NCBI GenBank assembly: GCA_030390025.1
Contig: CM059432.1
Location: 27,158,001-27,222,000, forward strand
Length of the DNA stretch: 64,000 nt
Source of the DNA: Squalus acanthias
Taxonomy: Eukaryota
Reading direction: 5' to 3'
Shown here piece after piece: positions 1-12,288 of the stretch (the first letter of the stretch is position 1; each line of letters begins with the position of its first letter). A program made the position numbers and the translations under genes. The notes beneath the pieces were generated by a model. It was not told where the DNA came from. It did no database searches and saw nothing but the letters and a program-made list of their open reading frames with translations.

Positions 1-423
1 TCTCCTGGGAGGTCTCTTCCATCCATGGGAAGGGAAGAGAACCTCCCTGCATGCTGTGACTCCCTCCATGACTCCCTCCATAAGCATATGGAGGGAGTAA
101 TGGGAGAGCCTGGGTGCAGTTATGAACTTTTGTGCAGTGCTCGTCAGTGTTTGCAGCCCCTCAATGCTGTAGAACACTGACACCAGAACTGTCAAGATCA
201 ATTTGGACATGGCTTCTTTAAGGAAATTGACTGATGACGTGTCATCAAATGACGTCGTCAGATCCACTTCCTTTTAATTGGCTGGGTACCTCGCAGGGCG
301 GGCTTAACAAGCCCAATCAATGAAAAATCACTTGGAGAGTGCTGGCTGCAGCAGGCAGCGGGCTGGGACCGTGATACCGACCCTGGCCGCCCCGGACCTG
401 CCTCGGTTGGTGAAATCGTGGCC
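1..423 (-). mobile_element. PIF/Harbinger-derived remnant (5' part of Myb/SANT-like gene plus element end)
   Basis: 1-120 resembles 10870-10980 of the complete Harbinger; ends in aaatcgtggcc, similar to that element's TIR. Confidence 0.5.
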
Positions 424-439
424 TTGGTTTGGAAGGTTG

Positions 440-893
440 AGGTTGATCTAATCAAGGTGTTTAAAATGATAAAGTGATTCGATAGGGTAAATACAGAGAA
501 ATTATTTCCTCTGGTGGGCGAACAAGGGGGCATAACCTTAAAATTAGAACTGGTCCATTTAGGAGTGAAATCAGGAAGCACTTTTTCATGCAAAGAATAG
601 TGGAACTCTGGAACTCTGGAACTTGCTCCTCTAAAAGGCTGTAAATGCTGAGTCAATTGAAATTTTAAAGACTGAGATTGGTAGATTTTTGAAATAAAAA
701 CAGAAAATGCTGGAAATACTCAGCAGGTCAGACAGCATCTGTGGAGAGAGAAACAGAGTTAACGTTTCAGGTCGATGGCCTTTCGTCAGAACTGATAGAT
801 TTTTGCTAGCCACGGGTATTAAGCGATACAGAGCAAAGGTGGCTAAATGGGGTGGAGGTACAGATCAGCCATGATCTAACTGAATGGCAGAAC
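440..893 (+). mobile_element. Old CR1 3' fragment (resumes at ~4750-4790)
   Basis: Decayed RT C-terminus and 3'UTR motif cagatcagccatgatct..gaatggcagaac; continuation aacaggatcaaggg after the inserted CR1. Confidence 0.75.
692..795 (-). mobile_element. PLE 3' terminal fragment with hammerhead motif
   Basis: Matches PLE tail at 38563-38662; flanked by duplicated tagatttttg. Confidence 0.75.
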
Positions 894-1328
894 TACACTT
901 GTAGTGTCCCCCACCCTTCCACCTCCTCTAACCTAAAGGGGGTGAGTGTATATCAGGAGGCCCGGTGAGTATCTAAACTCACTTTCGCGGGCTTTTGTTT
1001 GCAGAGGCTGCTGTCGGGAGCAGAGAGAGCCGAGGCCCGAGGTTTACCAATCTCAGACCAGCGGCAGCGTTCCAGAGCCACGTTACGATTCAAAACGTGA
1101 CGTGGGCAGGAGGGAGCGGCTGATTGGGTGAGTACGGCAGGTTAGTATTTATACTACTTTATAGTTTGATAGTTAAGGTTCATAGTTTATAAAGTTTCGA
1201 AGATCTTAATTTTGTGATCATAATTTCTAGTGCTAGTAACCAAGGGCCCTTGAGTAATTCATTTAATTGAGTGAAATTGGTGGTATTGATTTGATTTATT
1301 TAAAGTTCAATTAATTAAAGGGTAAGTC

Positions 1329-2276
1329 ATGGCAGGACAGCCCAGCCCCATGTTGTGCTCCTCCTGCTCTATGTGGGAAATCAGGGACCCTTCCGGTGTC
1401 CCTGACGACAATGTGTGCGGGAAGTGTATCCAGCTGCAGCTACTGACAGCCCGCATTGCAGCGCTGGAGCTGCGGCTGGATGCATATTGGAGCATTCGCA
1501 ATGCTGAGAACCTCGTGGATAGCACGTTTAGTGAGTTGGTCACACCGCAGGTGAAGGGTGTACAGGCAGGAAGGGAATGGGTGACCACCAGGCAGAGTAG
1601 GAGGTGCAGGCAGGTAGTGCAGGGGTCCCCTGTGGCCATCCCCCTCTCAAACAGATATACCGCTTTGGATACTGTTGGGGGGGATGACTTAGGAGAAGGC
1701 AGCAGCAGCCAACTTCCTGGCACCATGGGCGGCTCTGCTGCACAGGCTGGGAGGAAAAAGAGTGGAAGAGCTATAGTGATAGGGGACTCAATTGTAAGGG
1801 GAATAGATAGGCGTTTCTGCGGCCGCAACCGAGACTCCAGGATGGTGTGTTGCCTCCCTGGTGCAAGGGTCAAGGACGTCTCGGAGCGGCTACAGAACAT
1901 TTTGGAGGGGGAGGGCGAACAGCCAGCTGTCGTGGTGCACATAGGCACCAACGATATTGGTAAAAAAGGGGATGAGGTCCTAAAAGCAGAATATAGGGAG
2001 TTAGGAGGTAAATTAAAAAATAGGACCTCAAAGGTAGTAATCTCAGGATTGCTACCAGTGCCACGTGCTAGTCAGAGTAGAAATAGGAGGATATTTCAAA
2101 TGAATACGTGGCTAGAGGAATGGTGCAAGGGGGAGGGATTCAAATTCCTGGGACATTGGAACCGGTTCTGGTGGAGGTGGGACCAGTACAAACCGGACGG
2201 TCTGCACCTGGGCAGGGCCGGGACCGCTGTCCTAGGGGGAGTGTTTGCTAGTGCTGTTGGAGAGGATTTAAACTAA
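1329..2276 (+). CDS. CR1 ORF1: Cys-rich N-terminus, coiled coil, SGNH esterase-like domain
   Basis: CxxC..CxxC, leucine heptads, IVIGDSIVR, VHIGTND, DGLHL motifs; uninterrupted 315 aa. Confidence 0.9.
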   Translation: MAGQPSPMLCSSCSMWEIRDPSGVPDDNVCGKCIQLQLLTARIAALELRLDAYWSIRNAENLVDSTFSELVTPQVKGVQAGREWVTTRQSRRCRQVVQGSPVAIPLSNRYTALDTVGGDDLGEGSSSQLPGTMGGSAAQAGRKKSGRAIVIGDSIVRGIDRRFCGRNRDSRMVCCLPGARVKDVSERLQNILEGEGEQPAVVVHIGTNDIGKKGDEVLKAEYRELGGKLKNRTSKVVISGLLPVPRASQSRNRRIFQMNTWLEEWCKGEGFKFLGHWNRFWWRWDQYKPDGLHLGRAGTAVLGGVFASAVGEDLN

Positions 2277-4546
2277 TGTGGCAGGGGGTTGGGAACCTGA
2301 GCAGGGAGACAGAGGAAAGCATGTCAGGAAGGGACAGAAGGTATGGAGTAAAAGGTAAAGTGTTAAATAAGGAAAAAGCAGGAAGTAAGTGTCGCAAAAC
2401 ACATTTGAAAGTTCTTTATCTGAGCTTGAATAAAGGAGACTATGATGGCATGAGAGCAGAATTGATTAAAGTGGGCTGGGAAAATAGATTAAAGGGTAAG
2501 ACGGTACATGAGCAGTGGTGTTCATTCAAGGAGTTATTTTACAACTTTCAAAATAAATATATTCCACTGAGGAAAAAAGGGTGTAAAAGAAATGACAGCC
2601 ATCCATGGCTAAGTAAAGAAATTAAAGAAAGTATCCAACTAAAAACAAGGACATATAAGGTAGCCAAAGTTAGTGGGAGGATAGAAGATTGGGAAATCTT
2701 CAAAAGACAACAAAAAGTAACTAAAGGATTGATTAAGAAAGGGAAAATAGACTATGAAAATAAATTAGCAAAAAATATAAAAACAGATAGCAAGAGTTTC
2801 TATAGTTATATAAAAAGAAAAAGGGTGCTTAAGGCAAACGTAGGTCCCTTAGAGGATGAGACCGGGAAATTAATGGTGGGAAACATGGAGATGGCAAAAA
2901 TGCTGAACAAATATTTTGTTTCAGTCTTTACGGTAGAGGACACTAAGAATATCCCAACACTGGACAAACAGGGGGCTCTAGTGGGGGAGGAGCTAAATAC
3001 GATTAAAATCACTAAGGAATTGGTACTCAGTAAAATAATGGGACTCAAGGTGGATAAATCCCCTGGACCTGATGGCTTACATCCTAGGGTCTTGAGGGAA
3101 GTGGCAGTAGGAATTGTGGATGCTTTGGTAATAATTTTCCAAAACTCCCTGAACTCAGCAAAGGTCCCGGCAGATTGGAAAACTGCTAATGTAACACCCT
3201 TATTTAAAAAGGGTTGTAGGCAGAAGGCTGGAAATTATAGACCAGTTAGCCTAACATCTGTGGTGGGTAAAATTTTGGAGTCTATTATTAAGGAGACAGT
3301 AACGGAACATTTAGATAAACAAAATTTAATAGGACAAAGTCAGCATGGCTTTATGAAGGGGACGTCATGTCTGACAAATTTGCTCGAGTTCTTTGAGGAC
3401 ATAACGTACAGGGTGGATAAAGGGGAACCAGTGGATGTAGTGTATTTAGACTTCCAGAAGGCATTCGACAAGGTGCCACATAAAAGATTATTACTCAAGA
3501 TAAAAAATCACTGGATTGGAGGTAATATTCTGGCATGGGTGGAGGATTGGTTATCTAACAGGAAGCAGAGAGTTGGGATAAATGGTTCATTCTCGGACTG
3601 GCAACCAGTAGCCAGTGGTGTTCCACAGGGGTTGGTGCTGGGTCCCCAACTCTTCACAATCTATATTAACGATTTGGAGGAGGGGACCGAGTGTAACATA
3701 TCAAAGTTTGCAGATGATACAAAGATGGGAGGGAAAGTAGAGAGTGAGGAGGACATAAAAAACCTACAAGGGGATATAGACAGGCTGGGTGAGTGGGCAG
3801 AGATTTGGCAGATGCAGTACAATATTGGAAAATGTGAGGTTATGCACTTTGGCAGGAAAAATCAGAGAGCAAGTTATTATCTTAATGGCGAGAAACTGGA
3901 AAGTACTGCAGTACAAAGGGATCTGGGGGTCTTGGTGCAAGAAAATCAAAAAGTTAGTATGCAGGTGCAGCAGGTGATCAAGAAAGCCAATGGAATGTTG
4001 GCTTTTATTGCTAGGGGGATAGAATATAAAAACAGGGAGGTATTGCTGCAGTTGTATAGGGTATTGGTGAGACCGCACCTGGAGTACTGCATACAGTTTT
4101 GGTGTCCATACTTAAGAAAAGACATACTTGCTCTCAAGGCAGTACAAAGAAGGTTCACTCGGTTAATTCCGGGGATGAGGGGCTGGACATACGAGGAGAG
4201 GTTGAGTAGATTGGGACTCTACTCATTGGAGTTCAGAAGAATGAGAGGCGATCTTATTGAAACATATAAGATTGTGAAGGGGCTTGATCGGGTGGACGCG
4301 GTGAGGATGTTCCCAATGATGGGTGAAACTCGAACTAGGGGGCATAATCTTAGAATAAGGGGCTCCTCTTTCAAAACTGAGATGAGGAGAAACTTTTTCA
4401 CTCAGAGGGTAGTGGGTCTGTGGAATTTGCTACCCCAGGAAGCTGTGGAAGCTACTTCATTAAATAAATTTAAAACAGAAATAGACCGTTTCCTAGAAGT
4501 AAAGGGAATCAGGGGTTACGGGGAGTGGGCTGGAAATTGGACATGA
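2276..4546 (+). CDS. CR1 ORF2 reverse transcriptase lacking the APE domain
   Basis: KSPGPDG, NYRPVSL, QHGF, YLDFQKAFD, GVPQG, FADD; 756 aa open; KVLYL joined directly to SLNKGDY. Confidence 0.9.
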   Translation: MWQGVGNLSRETEESMSGRDRRYGVKGKVLNKEKAGSKCRKTHLKVLYLSLNKGDYDGMRAELIKVGWENRLKGKTVHEQWCSFKELFYNFQNKYIPLRKKGCKRNDSHPWLSKEIKESIQLKTRTYKVAKVSGRIEDWEIFKRQQKVTKGLIKKGKIDYENKLAKNIKTDSKSFYSYIKRKRVLKANVGPLEDETGKLMVGNMEMAKMLNKYFVSVFTVEDTKNIPTLDKQGALVGEELNTIKITKELVLSKIMGLKVDKSPGPDGLHPRVLREVAVGIVDALVIIFQNSLNSAKVPADWKTANVTPLFKKGCRQKAGNYRPVSLTSVVGKILESIIKETVTEHLDKQNLIGQSQHGFMKGTSCLTNLLEFFEDITYRVDKGEPVDVVYLDFQKAFDKVPHKRLLLKIKNHWIGGNILAWVEDWLSNRKQRVGINGSFSDWQPVASGVPQGLVLGPQLFTIYINDLEEGTECNISKFADDTKMGGKVESEEDIKNLQGDIDRLGEWAEIWQMQYNIGKCEVMHFGRKNQRASYYLNGEKLESTAVQRDLGVLVQENQKVSMQVQQVIKKANGMLAFIARGIEYKNREVLLQLYRVLVRPHLEYCIQFWCPYLRKDILALKAVQRRFTRLIPGMRGWTYEERLSRLGLYSLEFRRMRGDLIETYKIVKGLDRVDAVRMFPMMGETRTRGHNLRIRGSSFKTEMRRNFFTQRVVGLWNLLPQEAVEATSLNKFKTEIDRFLEVKGIRGYGEWAGNWT

Positions 4547-6103
4547 GTTTGAGTTCGGATCGGTCAAGGCCCTGTGGGTGGCGGAGCGGGCCCAGGGGCC
4601 GAGTGGCCTGGTCCTGCTCCTACTTCTTGTGTTCTTTAGAGTTGAGGTTGAATCAGATCAGCCATGATCTCATTGAATGGCGGAGCAGGCTCGAGGGGTC
4701 GATTGGTCTACTCCTGCTCCTATTTCTTATGTTCTTATGTTCTTATGTTAACAGGATCAAGGGACTAAATGACCTATTCCTGTTCTTATGGAAGCACGTG
4801 AATGAGCAATGCTGCAGCATGTTTAGATAGTGGTTCCTTCAACAAGGAAGGGAAGAGTAGGCTGGGAAAGAGAAAAAGCCAGTTTCTCAGTAATTGAAGG
4901 TTACCACTAAATTCTGTTGCAAACAAATCACCTATTGTTACTCAACATTGAGAAGAATTGAAAGCAGTGACCGTGATCTGAACTTTCCAACAGAGGTGAT
5001 TACTATAATTCAGTGTATGTGGAACAGAGGTGATGATAGGTTGTGAACAGGCTATGTAAATCGAGAGCTCTGGTGCACTTTTCTTCTGTGCTGTGTGTAG
5101 AGAAAGAGACATGAGCTGTCACCATCAAGTCTGGAGGATGCTACCTTGGTGAAAGACATTAACCATTGGATTGTACTATATGTGGAAAGGAGGATAGAGA
5201 CAAAATATTTTAGGTAATCGGTGCCATTGCTCGCAAGTAGTTGGGTCCAGAGCGCCATGGTCTAGGCAGGGTGGGGTGGGTGCCCATGACTCAACTGACA
5301 CAATTTTCACGGTGGACTGTAAATGAATGAACAGCACGCCCGCTCACAACAGGCGGGAGCTTTCTTACATATGCGAATCAGGGTCCTACACTGGTTGTAG
5401 GACACCGTTTGCAATTTTCAAGTTACATCCTGGCTTCCATCTGTGAGTGTTAGGTGAGAGAACTGTAATCTAAATAAAGAGAAAATAATTGTTAATGCAG
5501 GAAAACTGAAACAAAAACAGAAAATTCTGGAAACATGGAGCAGGTCAGGCAGCATTGGGGTAGAAAATTAATATTTCAGGTATAACCTTTCATCAGAACT
5601 GGAAAAAACATAATTGATAGCATTTAAAAAAGGACATAATTTAGGGAAGAGGGAGGGAAAAGCACAAACGCAAGCATGTAAGAGGAAATATGAGTACAAT
5701 AACAAGTAAAGTACTTAAAAGGAAAACTGGAGATGAAAATGGCTGAAAATGATATTAATATGAAAGGCAAGGGAAAGAACTTTTATATAAGGGCCTTTCA
5801 CATCTTCAGACCGTACCAAAGTGCTTCATAGCCAATGAAGTAGTTTTTTAAGTGTAGTCACTGTTATAATGTAGGAAAATGATAGGAAGAAGCATGATAA
5901 AATTAATTAACAATTTTTAAGAGATGCAGAGAACGTATGGATAACAGAGGTGGTGAAGGGTAAGGTAAGTGTGAAATGGAAACAGGAATAGCTGGCAAAG
6001 TGGATCAGAATCCAGCAAGTAAAAAGCAAAATACTGCAGATGCTGTAAAACTTTCTTCCCCTGAAGCAAGATGCAGAGCAATATCTAACCAGTTATTCCT
6101 GTA

Positions 6104-6867
6104 ATAACAACAGAAAACGCTGGAAAAACTCAGCAGGCCAGGCAGCATCCGTGGAGAGAGAAAGAGAGTTAACGTTTCAGGTCGATTACCTTTCATCAGA
6201 ACTGGGAAGAGCCGGAAATCAAATAGATTTAAGGCCAGGGTAAAGCTGGGAAAAGGGGGAGGGGATAAAGGAACAAAGGGGGAGATGAAGAGACATTAAG
6301 AGACATTAAGAGATATGCAAGGCTAGAGGTGGTGTTAATGTGACAGATTAAGGCTGAATGAAGTGTGAAATCCACTGGCAGAATGAAGGACAGCTGCCAG
6401 CTTCTAGGAGGAAAAAAAAAGGTGGGGGGGGGACAAATAAAAGGGTGGAAAAAATAAAATATAAATGTGATTGGAGCTGAGGTTATGATCTAAAATTGTT
6501 GAACTCGATATTGAGTCCAGAGGGCTGTAGCGTGCCTAAACGAAAGATGAGGTGCTGTTCCTCGAGCTTACGCTGCGCTTCCGTGGAACAGTGTAATAGG
6601 CCGAGGACGGTGAGGTCAGAGTGGGAGTGAAGCGGTGAATTAAAGTGACAGGCCACCGGGAGCTCGGGGTCCCCCTTATGGACTGAACGGAGGTGTTCCG
6701 CAAAGCGGTCACCCAATCTGCGTTTGGTCTCCCCAATGTAGAGGAGTCCACATCGTGAGCAGCGAATACAGTATACTAAATTGCAGGAAGTACAAGTAAA
6801 TCGCTGTTTCACCTGGAAGGGGTGTTTGGGGCCCTGGAGAGTGGGAAGAGGGGAGGTATAAGGGCAT
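6104..6867 (-). mobile_element. PLE, 5'-truncated (GIY-YIG at 6483-6812 plus tail)
   Basis: NLVYCIRCSRCGLLYIGETKRRL..RFAEH..GLN; TSD-like gttattcctgta at 6092 and 6868; near-identical to 43514-44280. Confidence 0.9.
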
Positions 6868-7777
6868 GTTATTCCTGTATCCTACTTAGGCAGAGCTTGA
6901 TTAGCCTACACTAACAGGATGTAACTTTTAAGAATGAATAGTCACCTGAAGTCATCCTGAAATAAACAGCATTTGCCTATTTGATACAATCAGGAAGCAG
7001 ATTCCATTTCAAAGGACAGGAACCAACATACTCAAACAGGTCAACCAGCCAGCATTCATTTTATATGGGTATTGAGCTCCAGCACTGCTAATCATGTTGT
7101 ACGCAAGCCTAAGTTTTCTGCGTCAGGTAATGCAGGCTACCTGCATCTGATGTGCAGCAACACGAAAGGACATCATGCATGTCATATCGGCCCCAGGATG
7201 TCTCAATACTCCTCGACTCAGGTCAGCGCACATGAGAATACCTTTTGGATAAGGTACATGACGGACACCATGGCCGGAATTATGTAAAAGTCGGAGAAAA
7301 AGGGAGCGCGTCGGGAACCCGCCATCATCCCGCCTCCTCGCGCCTTTAACTCGGGCGCGTTTGCCAGCGCGGCACGGATCCGAATGGCAGAGGCGGGCGA
7401 CCTAACTTAGCTTATTAAAATCTTGTTGTCAGACCCTTAACAGTGTTTTTAACCAGACCTTTTGAATTTCACTGGATGACCACGGGAATCACGCAGCTCG
7501 GGAACTTCATCTGTCAACCTGAGGCGGAGGCTCAGTGGCCATTGTGCGACGTCATTACTGCAGAGCATGGAAACCCCAATAAATACTCCCACATGACACC
7601 TGCTTACTTGCCTAAAGGAAAGGCTCTTGTTGAGTGCATTTTGAGCACAGATTTAGGAGTCTAGAGTTTGCAAGTCTTTTCTGCAACTTCAGAAGTCACT
7701 CTCACCTCATTGCTACTGACTATCACACCATTGACAGATTGCTTCTCTGATCTCTACTTGACCTGCCATCTATTACA

Positions 7778-9001
7778 TGAGCATAGGGTGCTGTTTATAC
7801 TGTCTCACCTTGGTCCTCAGAATCGGACCACGATGAGCCCCAACACCAGCAGCAGCAGGCACACCAGCAACAGCAGCAACAACACCAACAACCTTCTCCT
7901 CAAACACCTGATGCTGCACAGGACAGAGGGCATTAGCACAGGGCTGCACCACGCTGGAAGAGATACCCCCAACACAGCGTAAACAGGCAGAGGATGAACT
8001 TCCTCAACATGACTGAGCAGCAGTGCCAAAGGAGGCTCAGGCTATTGCGCCAGTTCGTCACAGACATTTGTACCTTGCTGGAACAAGAGCTGCTGCCCAG
8101 AGGTCCTTGTGGACACTCCTTACCAGTGGCTGTCAAAGTCACCAGCACCCTCAACTTCTTCGCCTCAGGCTCCTTCCAGGGATCTGCAGAAGACATTTGC
8201 GGCATCTCGCAGTTGGCCGCCCACAGATGCATCACACAGGTCACTGATGCCATGGTTGACAAGTCAGCCAATTATGTCAACTTTGCCACTGATGATGCCA
8301 GTGTTACTGAGCAGGCACTCGGCTTTTCCACTCTTGTTGGCTTCCCAGGGGTGCAGGGCATCATCAGCTGCACACATGTGGCCATCAGGGCACCCCACAT
8401 CACCCAGGAGTGTTTGTGAAACGCAATGGCTTCAACTCTCTCAATGTGCAGCTTGTCTGCAACCATAGGAAGATCATCATGCCTGTGTGCGCCAAATTCC
8501 CTGGCAGCTGGCATGACTCTTTTGTCCTGCGCCAGTCTACCCTCCCTCGGCTATTTGCCAAATGCACTTACCGGCTGGCTGCTTGGAGACAAGGGCTATC
8601 CACTGAAGACATGGAGGCCAAGTACTGAGGCCCAGGAGTGCTATAATAAAAGCCACATGCCCACCAGATGTGTCATAGAGCAAACAATAGACATGCTGAA
8701 AATGCGCTTCAGATGCCTTGACAGATCTGGAGGAGCCCTTCTGTACGCACCAGCCAGGGTACCTAGAATCATCGTCGTCTGCTGTGCACTGCACAACATA
8801 GTGCAGCAATGAGGATTAACACTGCATGAGGAGCAAGGTTCTGAGCACACAGCCTCTTCAGAGGAGGAGGAGGAGCAAGTGCATCAGCTGGAAGGCGAGG
8901 AGGAGGAGCAGGAGGAACCTGAGGTCTAGATGCCAACAGCACTGGAGCACATTGCTGCCTGGGAGGCCAAGGATGGCCTCATCATGGCCAGATTTACTTA
9001 A
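7778..9001 (+). pseudogene. Harbinger DDE transposase (HARBI1-like), frameshifted
   Basis: [63 protein letters not shown] spread over different frames. Confidence 0.9.
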
Positions 9002-9296
9002 CTTCCTGCATTACACCCATATGGCTGCCACATGCTGTGCCAGATTCCCCCCTCCCAACAACACCATAAAGCATCCCTACCATGACCAAGCCATTCCTTT
9101 CACACTGACCCCCATTGCTGCAGGTAACGTTATGTCTCACCATTCACTCCAACTCACTAAGCCACTTTCAAAGTTGCATACAAAAATGGGCATGACGAGA
9201 AAGTGGTGAAAATAAATAGTTTAATATGTGTCATAACAGTAATGGAACCTTAACAATAGCACTTGTTTAAACATCCATGTACTTGCCCTTGTGCAG

Positions 9297-11003
9297 CTAC
9301 TTCTGTGTCATTTTTTGTTTATGCGTGCTTCTACGAGGTGCTACCCCTGTGGCTTCAGCAGAGGTAGAGTCAGGCTGCTCACTTCCCTGCAGTGACTGCG
9401 TGGATATTTTGGTGGACGTCCTCTGGGTTTTGGAGCCTCTGATGGCCGCGCCAAAGTCTGCTTGTCCTGCGTGTGTGCAGGGGCAGACTCGGCCATCGCG
9501 ATCCCAGGAGGCATCTGGGGCTCTGACTGAGGGGGAGGGGGGCAACGGGGGAGAAGTGTGAGCGCTTTGAGAAGAGCCCCCACTTCTCTGTCCCCTCTCA
9601 CTATCATCCCTCTCATGGGCCACCCGCACTTCTCTGCTAGCAAGGAGCTGGAGAGCACCTTGCTGCACAGCAGTGGGGCCATGAGGACCCAAGTCTATGT
9701 TTACATTCCTCCTAGAGAGGAGGTCTGTGAGCCTCTGCCATCTATTGTCCATAGCTAGCATGTGCTCATGTGAGTGGTGCATTAGCTGCTCCATGCAGTT
9801 GGCCATCCTTTCCATGGAAGAGCACATCGTCGCCACCGCCTGCGACACGGTAGTGAAGATGTTGGAGATGGACACCTCCATTCTCTGGACATTTGCAGAC
9901 ATTGTGGCCGGGAATCCTGTCACACAGCCTCCTGCACTTCTTCCTGCACTTCTTCCTGCACCTCCAGGATTGCCCTCTTTCTCGATGGCCCCGAGGCTCA
10001 GCGTCTGCATGTCGCTGAGCAGAGCTGGGAGCGTCCTGCGTACTCCAGCGAGGAGTCTCCTCTGCTGTCCCTGTCTCCACCACCTGCTCTTGTTCAATTG
10101 TGACTTGTGAGACACCAGGTGACAGCACTACTCTATCTCGCGTAGGACCCACTGAGGTGTGCATATCTGCTCTGGTGCTGGGTGCACTTATGTCTGGTGA
10201 CAGTGGACCCTCAGAGCATGGAGGCTCCTCTGAGGAGTTGTCTTCCTCCTCCAGCTGGACAGTGGGGGAGGGGGGGGGGGCTCTTGATGGACCTGTAGGA
10301 GAGTAAAGAGATGATTTAGAAATGTTATATTAAGAATGGGTAACAATACCATTATGCGCATGATGAACATTCACTGGCTGCTGACATCAGTCCCCATATG
10401 AGTGACTGCTGTATACCATGTATGAGATGTAATTCTGTCGCCAGGTTGTTGAGAGGTCCCCCTCTCTTAGTCTCCCACCGCCAGCTGCTCCACAACTCCT
10501 GAGATCTCCAGGGCAACCTCCTCTGCTGCTGTCAAAGTGGCGAAGGATGGAGGGCCACTTCCGGTTTTCTCCCTCTCCCTGTTGTTGTGCACTCGTTCCT
10601 CCTGCAAGGAGGGAAAGAAGAGAAGTTTGAGTGAGAGTGATGGCATGAGTGTAAGAAATGTGTGGGTTACATCTGTACAGGGTGACTATGAGGGAGTGTG
10701 GTGCCAATGACAAAGTGCTAATGCCAAATGGCCTCCTTGTGTGGAGTAAGTTGGTATGATTGCATTAGGATGAGGGTGAATGTGAAGGGTGGCACTGCAC
10801 CCAGGTCCGCCTCACCATATCCATGCTGTTGACCTCCTCTGCAATTTGGAGCCAGGCTCTTTTTGTCTCCTGGGCAGGTCTCTTCCACCCATCAGCAGAA
10901 AAGAGGACCTCCCTGCCTTCTCTGACTCACTCCACAAGAATATGCAGGGAGTCTTCTGAAAACCTGGGTGCAGCCCTCTGTCTTTGTGAAGCCACCTTTG
11001 CAA
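9297..11003 (-). pseudogene. Harbinger Myb/SANT-like accessory gene, 3 exons
   Basis: RAAPRFS..REVLF-type exon 1, TGSG-type exon 2 (~10430-10603), long exon 3 after acceptor ctctcctacag; homologous to 54250-56075. Confidence 0.7.
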
Positions 11004-12288
11004 GTCTGAGCAATAACCAGATCGTTATATATCCTCCCTGCACACTCCTAGATGAACCTTCAAAAGCGATGTGGCCAAGACTGCTTTAAATATCCCCTCT
11101 TAAAATGAGTCATTGATGATGTCATCAGACCCGCACCATTTAATAGGGCCGGGAAACGGGCAGGCAACCTGCCTTAATAGACTCCATTAACGGAAAGTCG
11201 CTCTGAGGAGCGGGATGATAAGGACAATGTGGTTCCGACCCGCCATGTGGTCTGCCTGCAACCGACCCGCTCAGGTAAGGAAAATTCCGGCCCATGTTTG
11301 TGGAACTACAATGAACCATTTAAATAGCAAAATATTTGATGTAGATGACCACTGGTCCCTCTAAACTGCCCATCCAATTTTCCGCTTGCCTTCCTGTGCG
11401 ATAACTTTAATTTTTTATTAACATTAATAACTACGAAATCCTTCAGATGCCAGGAATTTGTCTATTTTTGTTGTGAAAATCCTTAAAGTTTCAGGTTTTC
11501 CCCGCTGCATTGGATGTTTGTTTCAAAGGTTGATAATTTTTCTTATTAAATAAATCCTGTGTGAATTATCTATTTTGTTTCCCTTATCTTGAATCCATGT
11601 CCACCCCATAATATAATTATGGAAAGGGCAGAAAAATGTATCTGTTTTCAAATTATTGAATCCCTTCATTATCTTAAAAGCTTCAATCAAGTCTCCCGTA
11701 GTTTTCTCTTTACAAGAGAGAAATCCTTCAGAGCCAACAATTGCTGTTCATAATTCAATTCCTAAGTTCTGGTATTCATTTAATAACCTTCTTCTGAACC
11801 CTCTTGATATCCCTTTTGAAGTAAGTGATCAAAACTGGAAAATTGCAAGATCCCATACTGCCAAGTCTGTCAATTGTGTATAGAAAAGATTTGTATCTGC
11901 CAGGTGACTCTTTATAGTGCCTCAAGTAATTTCCGTACAATTGATGTGAAATGTACAGGTCTATAAATAAATGCAGGAGAGGTCCAAGTAATAAAAGCAG
12001 GAGAACTAAAGAATGAAATTGCCTTCTGTATTTTTAATTCCTTCATTATAGTTTTTACTTGAAGACCTAAGTCACTACCAAAACCCTGAATATCCCTAAT
12101 ATCTTTCAATCTGCAGCACCTGCCTCCACTTCACTCCCTGAAATCTTCAACTACTCCTAATGTGCTTCTCTTTTCCATCATTGCTTTTTGCCAACTAAGA
12201 TCATACTGACTTTCCTAATATCCCCTATGACCCTCTGATACTCACTTCTGCCCATGTCTGCCTACCTAAGATCAGCCTCACTAATATG

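Larger units (their letters stand above)
894..4749 (+). mobile_element. CR1 LINE, full-length ends, endonuclease-deleted
   Basis: 5'UTR, ORF1, ORF2, 3' stem-loop and (ttcttatg)n tail; inserted in an older CR1 3'UTR with aac on both sides. Confidence 0.95.
7272..11292 (+). mobile_element. PIF/Harbinger transposon, complete two-gene structure, decayed
   Basis: TIR ggccggaatt..aattccggcc, 3-bp TSD CAT, transposase (+) and convergent Myb/SANT-like gene (-). Confidence 0.92.

Noticed and set aside
1307..1951. Antisense ORF over CR1 ORF1 (and other antisense ORFs over RTs)
   Set aside because: Shadow frames of TE coding sequence
7778..9001. Domesticated HARBI1 gene
   Set aside because: Frameshifted and bounded by TIRs and a TSD
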